Assembly: GCA_051294375.1 (NCBI GenBank)
Contig: CM119268.1
Location: forward strand, 18,542,323 to 18,606,322
Source: Paraspadella gotoi
Taxonomy: Eukaryota > Animalia > Chaetognatha
Direction of reading: 5' to 3'
DNA length: 64,000 nt
The translations under genes and the position numbers were made by a program. How positions within the stretch are numbered: position 1 is the stretch's first letter; every line of letters begins with the position of its first letter. A model generated the notes under the pieces. It saw only the letters and a program-made list of their open reading frames with translations. It was not told the origin of the DNA and did no database searches. This document shows positions 59,738-64,000 of this stretch, piece after piece.

Positions 59738-60151
59738 CAAGGTATTGGGTTCAATCCCAACCCGGTACCTACCCTGCGGGAAGCGTGAGGACGGCCGTAA
59801 GCCGCCTTGGAGGCGTGGAAAACCCTCAAGCCTGGTTCCAAGCCCAGGACCCGTTCCATAGCTGCTAGAGGGGGTTAAAAAAGTTGTGGTTAGCACTCTT
59901 CAGCCCTACTTAGCGCCTTATCCACACTGTCGAGTGTATTCCAACCTTCTAATTTCAGGCCCATGGACTTGCTGAAGATTGTTTCCCTCCCTCCACTTGA
60001 AGCAGTGCAGGGTGGGTTACAATCTGGGGGGCATTGCCTAGGTTTACCCCACCTTTAAGCATGATACTTTCTGTCATGACCCTGTGGCTCATTGAGTAAA
60101 GCCATCTGCTTATGACCACAAGGTACTGGGTTCAATCACAACCCGTTACCT
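59738..60151 (+). mobile_element. tRNA-derived SINE-like element (B box + body, followed by a second A/B-box head)
   Basis: CAAGGTAyTGGGTTCAATCmCAACCCGkTACCTA at 59738 and 60119. A-box-like TGGCTCATTGAG at 60085 and B-box GGTTCAATC at 59748 and 60129. No full cloverleaf. Confidence 0.6.
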
Positions 60152-60210
60152 ATATATATATTCATAATCTGCATCAAAATATTTTTTTATTTGATGGAAT
60201 ATTTAGGTTT

Positions 60211-60405
60211 GATGTGATAATTCTTTCTTTTTCGTTATTAGAGAAAGCAAAGTTTTGAAATTTTTCTCTCTCTCACACTCTTCTTTTGCACAAAATTTTC
60301 AATGATTTTCAAAAGCTGATGAAGGCTTGAAAATAGCAAGCCGAAACATGTCCGTCTCTCTTAAAAAATAAAATTGTTGTAAAATTTTAAAACTTTGCTT
60401 TCTCT
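60211..60405 (+). mobile_element. Miniature Penelope-like element of the same family: tail + short inverted end + hammerhead + end, with target-site duplication
   Basis: TATTAGAGAAAGCAAAGTTTT (60236-60256) is a perfect inverted repeat of AAAACTTTGCTTTCTCTAATA (60389-60409). Tail TGATAATTCTTTCTTTTTCGT matches 14045 onward. AATATTTAGGTT (60198-60209) and AATATTTTGGTT (60406-60417) match at 11 of 12 bases. Confidence 0.75.
60315..60353 (+). ncRNA. Minimal hammerhead ribozyme motif
   Basis: G CTGATGA A GGCTTG AAAATAG CAAGCC GAAAC ATGTC C. Canonical CUGAUGA and GAAA cores, perfect 6-bp stem II, palindromic ACATGT, GUC triplet. Stem I is poor. Confidence 0.78.
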
Positions 60406-61579
60406 AATATTTTGGTTAAAATTATGCTAAAGAATTTGGAACAGAAATTGGGCGCTTTGGCAAAAAAGTGCCCAGTATTTTTTCTTTGTTTTTTCTTTCG
60501 TTGGTTTTTTTTATTTTTCGTCGTAAAAACAGATTCGGTCGGAATTTCTCTGGAAGTAACGGTCGGCCGTTAAAGCCGGTACGTATATATTTAGTCCTAA
60601 TGGAATTCGCTTGTGACAGAAAACGCGGGGGAAGAGNNNNNNNNNNNNNNNNNNNNNNNNNAGGGCCTTTGAATTGGTATTGCGGATGGCGGCGAGGAGT
60701 GGGTCGACGGCGCCAGCGGGACGAAGTCCTTGGCAACTTAGGTTCGGGTCAACCTTGAGGGCGGAAAAATGGGAGAATGGGGGAAGGTGGAGATGGGGTG
60801 TTGTGGATTAGAGAGCTTGGTGTTACTATATGATCAATATATTACTGAGGAAATTCCAGTTCTCTACTTCCCAACTGGATTTTTGGTTTATATAGAAGGA
60901 TGTTCCGTTTCTCTGGCGATCACAAGGACATTGTAGTTGATTATGTGATTAGTATATACTTAAGTAAAGTTCCGAGCATGGGGCAGGCTTCTGATTGTTG
61001 CGCGTTTCGATAGATCTCAGTCCTGATTTCTATCGACGTGTGCTTCAGCTCACTTAGTTTCACACTTGGTTTGCTACTTTTTTAATAAGTTTCTACATTG
61101 CATAGATATTCTCGGAAACCTTTTTTAATATAAGTTTTTTTGTGATCGCTGGATTGGTGGACTTTCTTTGTGATAGAGGCACATTTACAATTCTGGCTTC
61201 AGAACATAAGAGAATCTCTTTAAAATTTATATTATATTTACTGAGTGTGTATTAATGTTTTGTTCCCTTTGCCAGGATTTCTAACTTAGCTTCAAGTTTT
61301 AGCTTTCAGAGAAATCCTGGATTTCGATCGACTTGATCGTCCGCTTGGCGTCGACGATCATCTTTGCCGAATTTGTCGTCACATTTGAGCTAGTGCCGGT
61401 GCATCGTCTCTTTGCGCATCTTCCTTGATTCCTCTACTTTGATAGCCAGAATTAGTAGGAAAAGTTTAGGATCACGATAGCCACCTCTACGACTTCAGTT
61501 CGTTTACACTTGGGTTGAATCTTGATGTCATTCAACTTTGATAAGCATCCAGTATTTTAAAACTGTTAAAGATTTGTTG

Positions 61580-62000
61580 GGTTTGTAGTATAAAGACTTA
61601 TTTGGTAGTGTAATTCATTAGCCCTTTCAACGTATGTAAAAAGATAAATGATACTGATTTCTTGTGGAACAGTTGGACTGTCAAAGGAAAAAATGATTGT
61701 CATTTGATGACAGCTGCGGTTGGATGATTTCGAACAAATATTTAAGAAATATGTTCTTGAAGTAATTTACGAAAAATAATAAAAAAAGCATTTTTGGCAC
61801 CTAAACGTTAACTTGAACGTTATTCTATTTTTCATTTTTCTTGCGATGAAATTATAAATCTCTCTTTGTCAACGGTAAATCTCTTTTACCTTTTTCCAAT
61901 AAGTTTTTTTCTTTCTGGAATCTGGATTTCGTCAAATGGATTCTGGCGGCGAGAAGGGCGGGGGAGGCTTACCGTAAAGGAAAAGGAAAGGGAAAGAGAG

Positions 62001-62036
<36 letters not shown>

Positions 62037-62646
62037 AAGTATAAAGAATAATCGTTCCTCTTTTTCCCATCCAATCTTTCACAAAATGAACGGAGAAGAT
62101 TCTCATTCATAATTCTCATCTCTGTTCTCTTCTGTCGGAGACACTCAATATTTCTGGAAGACGCAACTATATCTTTTCTTTTTATCCGACTCTTTCTCCT
62201 TAACTTATTCTTTTTCTTTTTTATTACTGTCTTCTTCTTTCTTTTTTCTTCTTTCTTTCTTCTTTCTCTTTTCTTCTTTCTTCTTCTTCTTTCTTTCTTT
62301 TTTCTTTCTTTTTTCTTTTTCTTTCTTCTTTCTTTCTCTTTCTCTTCCTTCCCTTTTCCTCTTTCTTTCTTTTTTCTTTCTCTCACTTCTCTCTTTCTCT
62401 TTTCTCCTTCCTCTTCTCTCTTTCCTCTCCTCGCCCCTCTCTTCTCTTTAAAAAAGAAATAAATAGTGAGAGAGAGAAAGAGTCGGATAAAAAAGAAAAG
62501 ATATAAGTCTGCGTCTTCCAGAAATATTGAGTGTCTCGAACAGAAGAAACAGAGATGAGAATTTATGAATGAGCAAATCTTTCTCCGTTTCATTTTGTGA
62601 AAGGATTGGGATGGGGAAAAAGAGGAACGGATTTATTTTCTTTATA

Positions 62647-62705
<59 letters not shown>

Positions 62706-63158
62706 TTTCCTTTTAATCCTTTTTTACGGTAAGCCTCCCCCGCGCCTTCTCCGCCGCCAGAATCCATTTGACGAAATCCGAGATTCGCAGAAAAAGAAAA
62801 AAAAACTTTATTGGAAAAAGGAAAAGAGATTTACGTTTGACAAAGAAGAGATTTATAATCTTCATCGCAATAAAATGAAAAATAGAATTAACGTTCAAGT
62901 TTAACGTTTATTGGTTGCCAAAAATGTTTTTTTTTATTAATTTTTCCGTAAGATGTACTCTCAAGAACATAGGTTTTCTTAAATATTTGTTTCGAAATCA
63001 TCAACCGCAGGCTTGTCATCAAAGACAATCGATTAGTCTTGTCCTTTGGACAGTCCCAACTGTTCCACAAGAAATCAGTATCATTTTATCTTTTTACACT
63101 TACGTTGAAAGTGGCTAATGAATTTACACTACCATATAAGTCTTTATTACTACAAACC
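61580..63158. repeat. ~1.6-kb imperfect palindrome (arms ~61580-62200 and ~62470-63158, pyrimidine-rich spacer)
   Basis: For example, GATACTGATTTCTTGTGGAACAGTTGG on the left arm and CCAACTGTTCCACAAGAAATCAGTATC on the right. Arms differ mainly by 1-bp indels. Confidence 0.88.
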
Positions 63159-63337
63159 AGGGATGTGGAGCCGACCTAATTTTGTCTCGGCTCCAGCTCC
63201 GGCTCCAGCTCCAGGCCAAATTTTTTTCCGGCTCCAGCTCCGGCTCCGGCTCCAAGCAAAAGTTTTTTCCGGCTCCGGCTCCGGCTCCGGCTCCAGAAAA
63301 AATTTCAACTCGGCTCCGGCTCCGGCTCCAACTCCGG
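63158..63337 (+). mobile_element. MITE-like element end with interrupted (GGCTCC)n arrays
   Basis: Begins CAGGGATGTGGAGCCG, followed by four (GGCTCC)n blocks separated by AAAA/TTTT spacers. The GGAGCCG near the start is complementary to the arrays. Other terminus not identified. Confidence 0.5.
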
Positions 63338-63570
63338 GGAAGACGAGCAGAAATTTAAGGCAAAAGACTCTTATCGCCTCTCGATGTCCAATAATTATTA
63401 ACTGGGGAATCAAAATCGCCAGATATTATTTTTTATTCCCGAGGGACATAAATAGGAAGATCATGACGGTTGTTTTATGAAGTTGGGCAGCTTTACTGTC
63501 CTAACAACAATTTTTTTGGCACTAGTTCTTGATCACTGAGAGAGGAGAGAGGAGAGAAGAGGAGGAGAGA

Positions 63571-63608
<38 letters not shown>

Positions 63609-64000
63609 ATGTAGTCGTTGTGGCGAAAATCCTAGGCCATCAACGTCTCGTTTCTCTTCAAAATTCGAATTCTATTCTCTGGCTACTGGCGAAGATAAAA
63701 CCTTGGCCGCTGGCAGTACCGCCTTGAAATGACACTTGCCGCTCGTCTCTTGCCAGCTTGACTAGTTGCCAAAACTTGCCAGTAGCGCAATTGCTGTTTG
63801 AGATCCGTGTTAATTCATATCTTTTTCCCAAAAAAAATAAAGATACCGTTTCGCTTGGGGCGGACGGAGGATACGAAGCGCGGGAATCCGACGACTCCCG
63901 CGATATGTCTCTCTTTGATTTTTTTTTGATATTCGTGTGTGTAAATTATTGTTTTGTCGTCGGTCGTCGTCGTCCGTCATCGAAACGACTGATGACTGTC

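Noticed and set aside
60078-60150. Functional tRNA gene
   Set aside because: A and B boxes are present, but acceptor and anticodon stems do not pair convincingly. Treated as a SINE head.
63118-63480. APAPAP/GSGSGS/EPEPEP-containing ORFs
   Set aside because: Products of the (GGCTCC)n hexamer arrays.

Overview
Eukaryotic (invertebrate animal) genomic DNA, rich in microsatellites, from an error-prone, gap-filled assembly. There is no prokaryotic content, CRISPR array or rRNA. Two spliced genes can be reconstructed by hand. (1) A complete 4-exon minus-strand gene (10011->7983, 478 aa) encoding a sulfotransferase-fold P-loop protein. (2) About 1.3 kb away and divergently oriented, the 5' part of a kainate-type ionotropic glutamate receptor (iGluR): six phase-consistent exons, 11308->52984, covering the amino-terminal domain (ATD), plus a possible seventh exon near 56.1 kb. 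The receptor has a ~146-aa low-complexity leader before its hydrophobic signal segment and a ~70-aa His/Gln/Ser-rich insertion in the ATD. The region 15.3-45.8 kb is the same locus written up to four times, with each restart at or just after an exactly 25-N gap, so the extra exon copies are most likely assembly redundancy. The most interesting non-coding signal is a family of non-autonomous Penelope-like retroelements carrying minimal hammerhead ribozymes (CTGAnGA-stem II-GAAACATGTC). Two copies show inverted termini, a short tail and 12-bp target-site duplications (14.0-15.4 kb and 60.2-60.4 kb), and a degraded third lies at 39 kb. Most entries in the supplied ORF track are (GA)n/(TC)n microsatellite artefacts. 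All family assignments rest on motif recognition; no database search was run.
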